Origin: a virus
Taxonomy: Duplodnaviria; Caudoviricetes
Virus record (IMG/VR): IMGVR_UViG_3300003375_000048
Location: 1 to 46,530 of that record
Strand: one strand, 5' to 3'
DNA: 46,530 bases
Shown here in pieces: positions 9,804 to 19,975 of the stretch (its first letter is position 1; every line of letters begins with the position of its first letter). The translations under genes were made by a program, and so were the position numbers. The notes beneath the pieces are model-generated. The model was not told where the DNA came from and did not search any database. It saw only the letters and a program-made list of their open reading frames with translations.

Positions 9804-11204
9804 TCAGCCCTGAGTTACTGTTATTAATGAATTAGTTGTAGAAAAATAACTTTCAGGATCGCCATAAATTAATCCTGTTCCTGATTCTGGAGATACATCC
9901 ATTCCATTAATTGCCACAACAAATACCATTCTTGATAATAAACTTGGTGGAATAATACTTGCTATAGATGCTTGAAATACATTTTGTAATTCAAATACAT
10001 TTATTGGCTGACCAACATAAATACTATTAATATAATTAGTTAATGCTGGTTGTGCTAAAGAAGCAACCGATGATGGTGATACTAAATTAGTAGAAATGGT
10101 ATTCCAAGTAACAGTCATGGAAACTGTTTGAACTGGCGGGTTTACAAATGTAATGCCATAAGTATCAGGATAATCATTAATAGATACTGTGATATTTCTC
10201 AAATTAGGTGTTACTACACCACCACTTGTATAACTACCAAAACTGGTTGTATTAACATTTACTTTAAATGTGTTTTCTGTAAGAACTGTAATGGTATAAG
10301 TACCATTAAAAGTGCTAGGTGTTACACCAGCAATTTGAACAACTTGACCAGTTGAATATCCATGATTCAAATTAGTGGTTACAACCCCATTGGTTGCATT
10401 GGTAAAGCCATTAACTTCTAAAGTAGAGCCTACTAATGTTGAAATATCAGGAGTTGCTTTAAAAATAGCATCTGCAACCGCATAAGGATCTCCACCGCCA
10501 ACAATAATTTCCCATTGGTTTGCTTGTGGAACTCTAATTGAAATTAATCTTGCTTGAACCCCAGATACTTGTTGCAATAAAGTTTTTAAAAATGTTGGAT
10601 AACCTTGGCAAGTTACATATCCAGCTTGAATAACTTGAGCTTGATAATCTTGCAAAGATTGTGCGGCTTGACCCGGAACTCCAGCAGTTAAATTGGTACA
10701 AGTAAGGGAATACCCTGATGGAACTGAAGTGATAATTTGAGTAACTGTACCAACAGGAACTGCCCAAGAACCTTGAGTGGTTGCAAGGCAATACAAAGCC
10801 GCACTTTGACCACCAGTTTCTATAATTCCGCCATCTTGAACTGTATATTGATAATTACCATCTGATACAGTAAATCCAACAGGAATAACATATCCAGCAA
10901 GACCGCTAAAAGTTACATAAACAGAAGTATTAGCACCAACTCCTTGTTTAACACCATAAACTGCACCTAATTGAGAAAGAATAAAAGCATTAGCAGAATA
11001 TGGACTAATGGAATTAATCAAATCTACATAAGCCTGATCTTGAACAATTAAAGCACCAGCGGCTGTAGATGCTAAATCCTCAATTAAAGAACCCGGCAAA
11101 TTAGCAGTTAGACCGGGAGATAAAGCAGTAGCGGCGGCTAATTCAGCATTTTGTAAATCTGTAGGAGTTGCTGGTATTGCCCCTGCCGAAGTTAAAGTTG
11201 CCAT
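9804..11204 (-). CDS. Baseplate J-like wedge protein
   Basis: 466 aa; LGAVYGV, VTFSG..GYVIPVGFTVSDG and VGGGDPYAVADAI motifs; gene order. Confidence 0.8.
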   Translation of the reverse strand: MATLTSAGAIPATPTDLQNAELAAATALSPGLTANLPGSLIEDLASTAAGALIVQDQAYVDLINSISPYSANAFILSQLGAVYGVKQGVGANTSVYVTFSGLAGYVIPVGFTVSDGNYQYTVQDGGIIETGGQSAALYCLATTQGSWAVPVGTVTQIITSVPSGYSLTCTNLTAGVPGQAAQSLQDYQAQVIQAGYVTCQGYPTFLKTLLQQVSGVQARLISIRVPQANQWEIIVGGGDPYAVADAIFKATPDISTLVGSTLEVNGFTNATNGVVTTNLNHGYSTGQVVQIAGVTPSTFNGTYTITVLTENTFKVNVNTTSFGSYTSGGVVTPNLRNITVSINDYPDTYGITFVNPPVQTVSMTVTWNTISTNLVSPSSVASLAQPALTNYINSIYVGQPINVFELQNVFQASIASIIPPSLLSRMVFVVAINGMDVSPESGTGLIYGDPESYFSTTNSLITVTQG

Positions 11205-11213
11205 GAATTATCC

Positions 11214-11534
11214 TTATGTTGGTACTGAAGTTTGAATGGTTGTGCCATTCTGGAAAACAGCACTAATTCTATAAGTTGGTGTTATGGTATTCGGGTCTTT
11301 ATAAACAGTCAAACTGGCAAAGTATGGAGCATATTGCTGTTGAGTTCTATTTATAGCCGCATTAGGAGCAACTTGAGTCATAACTGAATCGTGGGCTGGA
11401 ATACCATAATTTGAATAAAAAGGGCTTTCACCTTCATTTAATCTAAGGGTTTGTGCTAGTGTAGCAAGCCAAATATAGGAAGTTTCGGTTATTTCTACCC
11501 ATTGACCTTGTTCGTTTTTTCCATAACTTCTCAT
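11214..11534 (-). CDS. Baseplate/sheath initiator (gp25/gp46-like)
   Basis: LRLNEGESPFYSNYGIP motif; position between spike and baseplate J. Confidence 0.65.
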   Translation of the reverse strand: MRSYGKNEQGQWVEITETSYIWLATLAQTLRLNEGESPFYSNYGIPAHDSVMTQVAPNAAINRTQQQYAPYFASLTVYKDPNTITPTYRISAVFQNGTTIQTSVPT

Positions 11535-12271
11535 ATTGGAATTCCTGTATCTCCGCTACCAGTTTGAACACCAGAATGCCTATGAGTGCTTCCAATATCT
11601 TTATTATTATTGGTTATAGTTCCAGTATTAGCATAATTACCAGTTTGTTCAATATCTCCAGTAATTTGCATAGTTGCTCCAGAACCACCAGTATTACTAA
11701 TATAGAATCCATTATTGCCAGTAATTCTGCCATTAACTGTTAAATTACCATTCATAGTTGTATTTCCATTATTAACTATTAAATTTCCACCATTAAGGTT
11801 TATTGTAATTCCTGAAGAATTTAAAGTCAGCTTGCAATCTTGATTTATTGTGGTTATTTCTACCCCAGAAGGTCCATATAGAACCAAATATTGACCATCA
11901 ACAGAAAACCAATTTTTATTAGAAATAGGTAAAAAAACAAGACCACCAAGATTAGATGGTTGCCCAAGAGGTGCTAATCCTTGCCCAAGCCCTGTAATGC
12001 CACCCAGCCTTGCATCTGCGGCAATACAAATGCCTGTATCGCCTACTTGAATTGGAAGCCTTGTATATTGACTTTCAGCAATAGGAACAGTAATTTGAGG
12101 AATAGTTAATTTTCCACCCAATACTTCAAAATTTACAGTTACTATAGAACCATCAACAGCAACTACAGAACATGGCAATATTTGACCTAAAGTCTGTGCA
12201 TAGTCTTTAATTTTTTGTTCAGAAAAATTATTAAGACTAACTGCTAAGGGGGTTTTTAAAGAAGCGGTCAT
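11531..12271 (-). CDS. Baseplate central spike (gpV/Gp138-like)
   Basis: N-terminal OB-fold-like region, beta-helix repeats, C-terminal HxH iron-binding motif STHRHSGVQTG. Confidence 0.85.
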   Translation of the reverse strand: MTASLKTPLAVSLNNFSEQKIKDYAQTLGQILPCSVVAVDGSIVTVNFEVLGGKLTIPQITVPIAESQYTRLPIQVGDTGICIAADARLGGITGLGQGLAPLGQPSNLGGLVFLPISNKNWFSVDGQYLVLYGPSGVEITTINQDCKLTLNSSGITINLNGGNLIVNNGNTTMNGNLTVNGRITGNNGFYISNTGGSGATMQITGDIEQTGNYANTGTITNNNKDIGSTHRHSGVQTGSGDTGIPI

Positions 12272-13242
12272 ACTGATATATAAGCATTAATAATTGTTAT
12301 CCAACTATTAGCATCAGCCTGACGACTATTGCCAACATGACGAACTGAATCTACTGTAAAGTTGCCTTTAAAAGCATAAGTATATCTATATTGAGAATAA
12401 TTATTGGTTAAATTTATAATTGGTATGCCTTTTGGAACAGTAATATATTGACCAATTTCTATATCATGCCTCATTACAACTTTTATTTGGATAGTATTTA
12501 CATTAATCCAAGTAATATTTCCAATAATATCTGTGGTTTGTAATTCAGTAGTTTTAGTTGGGGTATAAGAATTATCAAAAAGCAAAAATCCAGTAGAAGT
12601 GCTGGCTATACTTGCTCCAGAATATTCTGGGTCTGTTAAAACTTGTTTGCTTAAATCATTTATTGACTTACCAAAAGAAATTAAATTTTTATAATTAAAG
12701 CCCCATAAATCTTCTGTATATATTAAATTATCACTAAATTTGCCATATATAGGAACTCCTTTATAAGCAGTAGATAAAGTTTGCCTAACAGCAGATTCTA
12801 AAGTTTGATTTTTACTTTTGGATAACCATTGAAATGGCAAATTAATTTCTGTATTTGGGCTGTAATTTGCATTAATAACAACCAAATCCAAACTAACTTC
12901 ATTTCCTTGCCAATTACCAAAAGATTGAAAAATAATTCCATCAATAATAATTCCAGCTTGTTTAAAATTAGCAAAAGGCAATCCAACTGACATTCCTACT
13001 TCTATTTGAATTCTTGCAAAATTAAAATTTGATGCTTGATTTAAATAAGGAAAAGGAACACCTTTAATTTTTACATAACCATTTTGGGCTGGTTGATGAT
13101 AAAAAGTTTGAAATATATCAAGTTCTACCAATAAAGCAGATCCATTATTGGTTTTTGCTTGAGTTAATGTACTAAAAGTTATAGGTGCAAAGCTAGTTGT
13201 GCTTTGTTCACTAGGACTAATAGTAATAGCATAATATCTCAT
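12268..13242 (-). CDS. Baseplate hub protein
   Basis: 324 aa directly upstream of the spike; C-terminal VRHVGNSR...W motif. Confidence 0.7.
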   Translation of the reverse strand: MRYYAITISPSEQSTTSFAPITFSTLTQAKTNNGSALLVELDIFQTFYHQPAQNGYVKIKGVPFPYLNQASNFNFARIQIEVGMSVGLPFANFKQAGIIIDGIIFQSFGNWQGNEVSLDLVVINANYSPNTEINLPFQWLSKSKNQTLESAVRQTLSTAYKGVPIYGKFSDNLIYTEDLWGFNYKNLISFGKSINDLSKQVLTDPEYSGASIASTSTGFLLFDNSYTPTKTTELQTTDIIGNITWINVNTIQIKVVMRHDIEIGQYITVPKGIPIINLTNNYSQYRYTYAFKGNFTVDSVRHVGNSRQADANSWITIINAYISV

Positions 13243-13508
13243 GGAGTTATTTCAAATTGACTATTACTTACTCTATAAACCATCGTAGAAGTATTAAAGT
13301 ATCCAAACAATAAATTAATATCATAGTTATCTGGACTTCCTACCATTGCTCTAGTAACAATTAAATTACGAGCACTATCATAGATATTTATGTAATACCT
13401 AGGGGAATAGTTATTGTATGTGCAAACAACTACATAACTGCGACCATCAAAAGTTGCATTAAATTGAAAATTTGCATTTGGGCTTGGGTTAAAAGAAACT
13501 GTGGTCAT
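13239..13508 (-). CDS. Small baseplate protein
   Basis: 89 aa; conserved position between tube initiator and hub. Confidence 0.55.
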   Translation of the reverse strand: MTTVSFNPSPNANFQFNATFDGRSYVVVCTYNNYSPRYYINIYDSARNLIVTRAMVGSPDNYDINLLFGYFNTSTMVYRVSNSQFEITP

Positions 13509-14173
13509 TGCACAATGCTTTCATTTGGAAGCAAACTGTTATAAACAGGAACTTGAGTGCTTGTAGGTTGTCCCCAAGGTGAATTAAGATTAAATGAAGC
13601 TGGCAATCCGCCATCAAATTTACTCATCAAATTGCTTAATATTTGCTCTGCACCAGATTTAGTAATTAATGGTTGTTCAAAATCCCATTGAAATAAATAT
13701 TGAGCTTGTTTATCTGTTGGTGGGGTTATATCCCTGATATTGGTTAATAAGCAATTAAAATATGTAAAAGCAGGAGTAATAACAGTAAAACTGCCTCCTG
13801 ATAAAATATGACTTTCTACTGCCAATTTTAAAGCGGTCAAAATAGCTTGTTTAAATATTAAACCACCATTATTTTGAGCAGGGCAAATCATCATCATGCT
13901 AATTTTTAATGGTTGTTGAATAACAGCATTAGCCGCTACTTGTAAACTAGCAAAAGGATATTCTGCTATTTGCCAATCAGCCAAAGTACCACCCGGCACA
14001 GGTCTATATTTAGCAAATAATTGACCATTAATAATGCCCGGCACATCAAAAACTTCAGTAATTAGTGTTACTGGCAATATTCCACCCGGCAAAGCAGAAG
14101 CAATGCCATCTTGAAAAATAATTGGAGCATCTTCAAAAAGAGCCGAAAATATGGTTTGTCCTGTAGAACTCAT
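13505..14173 (-). CDS. Tail tube initiator/Dit-like baseplate protein
   Basis: Follows tape measure; IAEYPF...NAVIQQPLKISM motif. Confidence 0.6.
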   Translation of the reverse strand: MSSTGQTIFSALFEDAPIIFQDGIASALPGGILPVTLITEVFDVPGIINGQLFAKYRPVPGGTLADWQIAEYPFASLQVAANAVIQQPLKISMMMICPAQNNGGLIFKQAILTALKLAVESHILSGGSFTVITPAFTYFNCLLTNIRDITPPTDKQAQYLFQWDFEQPLITKSGAEQILSNLMSKFDGGLPASFNLNSPWGQPTSTQVPVYNSLLPNESIVQ

Positions 14174-15696
14174 TGTGTTTGTGCTCCCGGCATAGCATTA
14201 ACTGTGGCAGTAGCATTTCCGCCTGTATTATTACTTATATTGACACTAACAGCATTAGCTAACTGTATTCTTCTTGGTAAATTTTCTGCTTCTTGAGAAG
14301 GTCTTAAATATCCTTTTGATACAGATTCTGCTGAACCAGATACAGTACTTTGGTGCATCAAATCTTGGTATGCCTTTTTTTCTTTATTCATATATTCATA
14401 TACAACAAACTGTAGTTGTTCTGAAAAACTGCTAGAACGAATATCATGCCCAAAAACTCTAGCAAATTCAGCTTGACGATCTGGATGCCATTGTGCAATA
14501 CCAAAAGCTTTTCCTTTGTCTCCAACAGCCCCAATGTTCAACCCACTTTCTTGTAACAAATTACCAACAATTCCAGAAGCCTGTGCTTTTGAAAAACCTT
14601 GACCCATAAAATATTGCAATGCAACAGCAGATTTTTCAGTTAAATTTGATGTACCCCTGCCAGCAATATCTGTAGAATCCCCAAATATTTTTTGACCAGC
14701 AATAGTTAAACCTCTTTTTACTTGTGGAATTGCACCAAAAGTGCTAAAAATAAATTCTGTAATTATTTTTATTCCTTCAAAAAAATCTTTTAATGCTTGA
14801 GTTCCATCTGGACTACTTAAATATGTAGCAAGTTCAGTAATGGATTTACCTAACTCATCGCCAATTACTTTTGATAATTGTGAAAAATGTTCTGAAAGAG
14901 GTGCTAAAACTTTAATTAAACTTGTTTCTATTTGCTGACCAGCAATTTTTAAATTTACATAAAAATCTTGAACAGACTTTGAATCAGAATCAGATACTTG
15001 AAGTTTTTTTCTAGTATCATTAAATTCTTTGATGGTATCTTCAAGTTCTTTTTGATTTAAAGATGCAAGCCTTCTTAATTCTTGTAAAGAAAATACTTGT
15101 GTTAATCCAACAGCTTCGGCAAATTGTTGGGTTTGACCACCTTGTTTAAATAAATTAACAGCACTACGAATAACAGCGGGTAATTGTTCCGCTGTATCTC
15201 CTTGACCGCCACCTAATCTAGATAAAATTTGCCTACGACTTAAATCTGATTGAATATCGGCAATATTGGTTAAAGCACTTTCAGGATTAATATATCTACC
15301 AAAAGATACTTCTGAGGCTCTTAAACCGCCTGTGCTAGTTCCAATTCCTGATGCTCTTTTTCGATAATCACTTGCTGATCCTGCAAGAGCAACTGCACTA
15401 GCACCAAGACCAAGTGCTCCTAAAGCAATCCATTTGGCAACAGAAGCCGCCCCAGAGGCAAGATTTCTTGCAATATTGCCTGTGGTATAGGAAACATCAC
15501 GGAGAGTTTTAGCACCATCAGAAAGCGATTTATTGAATCGTTTTTGAGATGCTTCTATTTCACCTAAAGCAGAATTAACTTTTTGCCAATCTTTTGGCAT
15601 TCCTTTAACTGCTTTTTGATATTTTTCAAATTCTTTTTGAAAGGCTTTGAATTTATCGTCAAGAATGTCAATTTCAATAATCGACTTAGTTGCCAT
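14170..15696 (-). CDS. Tape measure protein with C-terminal phage tail lysozyme domain
   Basis: Helical N-terminal region; GFSKAQASGIVGNLLQESGLN...GIAQW...R lysozyme motif. Confidence 0.85.
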   Translation of the reverse strand: MATKSIIEIDILDDKFKAFQKEFEKYQKAVKGMPKDWQKVNSALGEIEASQKRFNKSLSDGAKTLRDVSYTTGNIARNLASGAASVAKWIALGALGLGASAVALAGSASDYRKRASGIGTSTGGLRASEVSFGRYINPESALTNIADIQSDLSRRQILSRLGGGQGDTAEQLPAVIRSAVNLFKQGGQTQQFAEAVGLTQVFSLQELRRLASLNQKELEDTIKEFNDTRKKLQVSDSDSKSVQDFYVNLKIAGQQIETSLIKVLAPLSEHFSQLSKVIGDELGKSITELATYLSSPDGTQALKDFFEGIKIITEFIFSTFGAIPQVKRGLTIAGQKIFGDSTDIAGRGTSNLTEKSAVALQYFMGQGFSKAQASGIVGNLLQESGLNIGAVGDKGKAFGIAQWHPDRQAEFARVFGHDIRSSSFSEQLQFVVYEYMNKEKKAYQDLMHQSTVSGSAESVSKGYLRPSQEAENLPRRIQLANAVSVNISNNTGGNATATVNAMPGAQTQ

Positions 15697-15708
15697 GATA
15701 TTCCTCGA

Positions 15709-15867
15709 TTAAAAAATTGACTTATTATTAATTGCCTTAATTAAATGCCTTTGTTGGTATTCTTGCACATCAACCCACTTATTGCCAAATTCTTTCATAA
15801 ATTCTGAAAAGCCAGCGGTACTAAAAAAGTCTAGGATATAAGCGATGATTCCTTGACTTTCTTTCCA
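15709..15867 (-). CDS. Probable -1 frameshift extension of the tail assembly chaperone (gpGT-like)
   Basis: Open -1 frame overlapping the end of 15831..16415 and ending just before the tape measure gene; candidate slip site T GGA AAG at 15867-15861. Confidence 0.45.
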   Translation of the reverse strand, partial: WKESQGIIAYILDFFSTAGFSEFMKEFGNKWVDVQEYQQRHLIKAINNKSIF

Positions 15868-16415
15868 GTATTCCCTTGCTTTGTCAATGTCGGCAAACCA
15901 TTCAGATACTCCGTACAATCCGATAATGTAAGTACCCAATTTCGTAACACCCCTGCCATCTCCAAGAAAGAACCTTTCAGGTCTTTCGGGGCTACCTTGG
16001 AGATTGCTGTAAAAAAAACTAGGGAACTTAGAATTTCTGCTTCTTCATCTTCGTCTATTAATTCCCTTTTAATTGCTACATCAAAAGGAATTGTTTCCCA
16101 GCCATTTTGACCGCTTACTAATACATTGGTTAGCCTAATAATTTCATTAACCAAACCAAATTTAACCCCTCCAGCACTATCCCAGTTGCCAGCCTTCTGC
16201 GCTATTGACTTCAAAGCAGGGTAGGCTAACTGGGGTGCTGATAAGGCTAAATGCGCTTGATTAACACTATCAAAGCATTGACTAAATACTTTGCCAAGTT
16301 CTAAATAAAATTGTTCAAATACAGATCGGGAAATCGAAGAAGAATGTATATGTACTGTTCCATTCTTTTCGGTTTCGACCTGCATCACAAGGTTCAAATT
16401 CCGATCAATTTTCAC
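15831..16415 (-). CDS. Tail assembly chaperone
   Basis: Position between tail tube and tape measure genes. Confidence 0.6.
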   Translation of the reverse strand: MKIDRNLNLVMQVETEKNGTVHIHSSSISRSVFEQFYLELGKVFSQCFDSVNQAHLALSAPQLAYPALKSIAQKAGNWDSAGGVKFGLVNEIIRLTNVLVSGQNGWETIPFDVAIKRELIDEDEEAEILSSLVFFTAISKVAPKDLKGSFLEMAGVLRNWVLTLSDCTEYLNGLPTLTKQGNTGKKVKESSLIS

Positions 16416-16425
16416 TATTTATCCT

Positions 16426-16869
16426 TTACGAAGCTGTATATAAAGTTGAGTTAATGTTATAGACACCTCTTAAGCGAATAATCAAACTCGCTTGAGAACC
16501 ATCAAAAGGCATTTCTTGAACAGTTTGCAATACACAATTATTTAACTGAAATGGTGTTAATGCAGTTGTATCAGGATAAATGGTTACAGAACCCATAGTA
16601 GTATTAGTTTCTACTTGAGTTTTATAAGCATTGCCTAATGCTTGAGTTCTTAACAAATGCATAGTTACTGTGCCATAAACATAAGGTTCTGGGCTAGTAA
16701 CCGCACTTGTTAAAGTGCCAATAAGCAAAGAAGTATCGCCATCAAAAGCGATGCTAATTGCTTCCCTTGCGAGATACGAAGAAGTCACATTTAACTGAGG
16801 AAAATCAGCATAAACCACACTCGCTAGTAGTCTATTTAATGTACCTTGTATTACTTGAGGATTAGCCAT
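16426..16869 (-). CDS. Tail tube protein
   Basis: 147 aa beta-rich protein directly downstream of the sheath. Confidence 0.7.
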   Translation of the reverse strand: MANPQVIQGTLNRLLASVVYADFPQLNVTSSYLAREAISIAFDGDTSLLIGTLTSAVTSPEPYVYGTVTMHLLRTQALGNAYKTQVETNTTMGSVTIYPDTTALTPFQLNNCVLQTVQEMPFDGSQASLIIRLRGVYNINSTLYTAS

Positions 16870-16878
16870 TATTTACTC

Positions 16879-18192
16879 CTAGACTGGGATATTAGATGCG
16901 GTTAAATAAATAGTGATTTGTTCGAAACCACGAGCAGGAACAAAAGTCAAACTTAAACCATTGTAAGTACCAGTTGCATAGTCGCCCGGATGTTGTGCTA
17001 CATAGGTAACAAATGAAACTGCTTCAACTGTTGCTGGAGATAAAATCAAACCAAAAGCAATACCATTATTCACAGTTGCTTGGGCTACTTTTTGCAAAGT
17101 ATTAATACCAGCTTGGTTGTAATACAAAGGATTAGTTGGAGTATTGCTACCATTAATAATGGCATTAGCTAAGTTTTCTTGGACATTAATTGAAGTCCAA
17201 TCTACTGCATACCAATAATTAAAGGGGTTCAAATCCATGAATGTTCCCCAGAAAATTATGGATAAGCTAATTCCACCTTGAGCACCAGTACCAATCCAGT
17301 TCACACCAGCCGCTTTAAGCTGAGTTTGCTGAACATTGGTTAATGTATTATATGGAGTTACACCATAAACATAAGTAAATGCCAATGGATGAGCCAAATC
17401 ACTAGCACTTGGGTTATAGCTAAGTGTTACTTGGAAAATAGCCGCCGCACTAAATTCAGTTATTGGAGCACTTGGGCTTTGAACTGTTGCAAATACAGAT
17501 TTAATGTTTTCCCAGTTGCTATAAGAAGCAAGAGTGGTAGTTACATAGAAATATGTTTCTGCTGTTGGGCTGGTATATTCATTAGCTAATGCCCATGCTG
17601 TTGATTCAGTATCCCATTCTTTTGGCAATAAATAGCTATAAAAACGGATAGTTGGATTTAACAGATAAGCAGTTAAAGCAGTTACACCTTGTGCAGGAGT
17701 TCCTACTCCTAGTTCCAATACATATACTGATTGATTAGCACCTTGAGCAAAAAAGGTTGTAACCATTGCAGTTAATTCTGCAACATCAGCTAATGTAAAT
17801 GCCGCACTAGTTACTGTTGCTGAACCAGGATTGGTTGCAAGAATATAAGTAAAAGTGCTTGCTCCTGTTGCGGTAATAGCAAAAGTGCCATTGTATGCAG
17901 TAGGAGTTACACCAGCAATAGTACCTTGAACTGTATCTCCATTAGGAATGCCATGTGGAGAAGAAGTGGTAACTAAAACTGTAATTGTTGGAGTAGATCC
18001 GCTAGTGCTAATAGAAGAAATGCCTATTGACCCAGCTAAGATTGCTGTTAAATCGCTTGCTTGTGTTAAAAGCGCAGTAGTACCAGCCGCTAAAGTAGTT
18101 GCACCTTGAGAAATCAAAGCCCCAGTTTGTTGGAGTTGTGATGGTGTCGGTGCTACTTGTTGGCTGACACTAACATTGACAATATTTGGCAT
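16879..18192 (-). CDS. Tail sheath protein (DUF3383-like)
   Basis: MPNIVNVSV start; WYAVDW..INVQ and LYYNQAGINTLQ motifs of this sheath type. Confidence 0.8.
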   Translation of the reverse strand: MPNIVNVSVSQQVAPTPSQLQQTGALISQGATTLAAGTTALLTQASDLTAILAGSIGISSISTSGSTPTITVLVTTSSPHGIPNGDTVQGTIAGVTPTAYNGTFAITATGASTFTYILATNPGSATVTSAAFTLADVAELTAMVTTFFAQGANQSVYVLELGVGTPAQGVTALTAYLLNPTIRFYSYLLPKEWDTESTAWALANEYTSPTAETYFYVTTTLASYSNWENIKSVFATVQSPSAPITEFSAAAIFQVTLSYNPSASDLAHPLAFTYVYGVTPYNTLTNVQQTQLKAAGVNWIGTGAQGGISLSIIFWGTFMDLNPFNYWYAVDWTSINVQENLANAIINGSNTPTNPLYYNQAGINTLQKVAQATVNNGIAFGLILSPATVEAVSFVTYVAQHPGDYATGTYNGLSLTFVPARGFEQITIYLTASNIPV

Positions 18193-18205
18193 AATTGCCC
18201 CCTAA

Positions 18206-18541
18206 TTAAAGATAGCTAACAGCGATAGTTTGGCTTGCAGTTCCATTAGTACCCGGTGCAATTACAATGCCATTAGAAACAGGCATATCAATTGTATAAA
18301 TACCGATAGTATCTGGAATTGGAGCAATAATAGTTGCTGAACCAGTTGCAGAAGCGGTACTTGCGGCATCATAAACAAAGCCGGGATTAGAACCAGTAGC
18401 GGCGGCAATAACATTCACTTTAGCAACACGACCAACAGTTGATTTAACTGCGGTTTTGGTAGTAATGTTTAATGCGGTTTTTGTGCCTTGACCAGTGATT
18501 AAAGCACCATTTTGATTGATTGGGTTTGAAGTAATAGCCAT
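18206..18541 (-). CDS. Small virion structural/decoration protein
   Basis: Likely start MAITSNP at 18541 with AAGGAG RBS; beta-rich; within the structural operon. Confidence 0.55.
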   Translation of the reverse strand: MAITSNPINQNGALITGQGTKTALNITTKTAVKSTVGRVAKVNVIAAATGSNPGFVYDAASTASATGSATIIAPIPDTIGIYTIDMPVSNGIVIAPGTNGTASQTIAVSYL

Positions 18542-18560
18542 TTGTAACTCCTTATTTACA

Positions 18561-19556
18561 CTAAGATTGAACAGAAACACTCATAAAAGCTTTTTCGATA
18601 AGCTGACGAGCTATATTTTGAATATTTTGTTGATAATAACTAACTTCAAAAGTAATAGTCTTTTTCATAGCAATAATTCCAAATTCAGGCTGTGTCACCT
18701 TTTCGTCTTGAATAACAGGCATATTAAGTAATCCAATATTGTCTGTATTCACACTATATTGAAACACATAATCTACAAATTCTAAAGCATTAAAATTTCG
18801 TGTTCCAAATATACTAATTTTTACAGTATCTTTAACTAATTGATAGTGGCTACTATTTAAAGTAATTAAAGGAAATGACTGTAAAGCAGTTGTTTGTCTA
18901 GGATCTATATCTACAGAAGCATATAGCGGTGCAATATTTTGACCAACCAAATAAGATGGATACATTGGAAAATATTGATTTAATCCCAACCAAATTGGCA
19001 AACTATTAGAAACAATGACATTTTCTGTATCAAAATCGGTCATCGTATCTATAAGCTGAGTTTTCATAATTGAATATAAAGCATCACCTCTATAGTGATA
19101 CAAATCAGCTTGTTTATAAAAATTCTCTCGTTTGCTAAATGCAAACTTATTGCCTTGATAACTAGCTACATAAATTAAATTTGGGGCTACCAAATTAAAA
19201 TCTTGTATTGGTTCTAAGGCAGTAAAAACAATATGGTTATATACAGTGGTTCTATCGTCTAATTGATGCAATTCTTGAGCAATATGAAAAGAACCTTTTG
19301 CATGTAATATTTTTGGTGGAATTGGTGCTTTTGGCAAATTGTCATACAAAATATTGTTGTATTGACATATATTATATAAAGCAGATTCGCTTAATAATGC
19401 CGCATTAACCCAAAATACATATCCATCTAAAGGCAAAACTAACTTGGCATATAGTGTAAAAGTAACTTCTTGGTTAAGAGATATAGTTTCGACTCCTTGA
19501 GCCAAACCAGCCGCCATTTCCCCTTTAGCACCAGTAGTTTCTGCAATAGAAGCCAT
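18561..19556 (-). CDS. Head closure/tail completion protein
   Basis: 331 aa between neck genes and sheath; assignment by position. Confidence 0.5.
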   Translation of the reverse strand: MASIAETTGAKGEMAAGLAQGVETISLNQEVTFTLYAKLVLPLDGYVFWVNAALLSESALYNICQYNNILYDNLPKAPIPPKILHAKGSFHIAQELHQLDDRTTVYNHIVFTALEPIQDFNLVAPNLIYVASYQGNKFAFSKRENFYKQADLYHYRGDALYSIMKTQLIDTMTDFDTENVIVSNSLPIWLGLNQYFPMYPSYLVGQNIAPLYASVDIDPRQTTALQSFPLITLNSSHYQLVKDTVKISIFGTRNFNALEFVDYVFQYSVNTDNIGLLNMPVIQDEKVTQPEFGIIAMKKTITFEVSYYQQNIQNIARQLIEKAFMSVSVQS

Positions 19557-19975
19557 TATTTAACCCAAGATTTAAAAGAAGTTTGTAAAGTGCCAGAATC
19601 AATAAATGAAGGTCTGCGAGGACCTTTTTTTCTTTTAAAACGAATACTTTTACCCATTAAAGCGGCTTTGGTAGGAACACCGGGCACTCCTAATTGAGCC
19701 ATTTTTTCTATATCTAAAAAATTCCTAAAATCTTGATCTATTTGCTCTGTTCCTGCTTGAAAAGGGTCTTGCACTTGCTGACCCATTGCGATGGTTTCCA
19801 AAGCCCCTGCAATAGAATCTGCAAGACTATCAGCAATTTTTGTGCTTTCGCTTTCAGCAAAGTTAGAAAAGAGCCCATATTTTTCCTCTAATATTTTTCC
19901 TACACTATAAGTTGTTCCGCCTTCTGGCTCTGGAACATCAACAACTCCAAGATATAATTTCAAGTTAATCCCCAA
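19556..19975 (-). CDS. Neck protein (HK97 gp10-like)
   Basis: C-terminal RPSFIDSGTLQTS motif; position. Confidence 0.6.
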   Translation of the reverse strand: MGINLKLYLGVVDVPEPEGGTTYSVGKILEEKYGLFSNFAESESTKIADSLADSIAGALETIAMGQQVQDPFQAGTEQIDQDFRNFLDIEKMAQLGVPGVPTKAALMGKSIRFKRKKGPRRPSFIDSGTLQTSFKSWVK

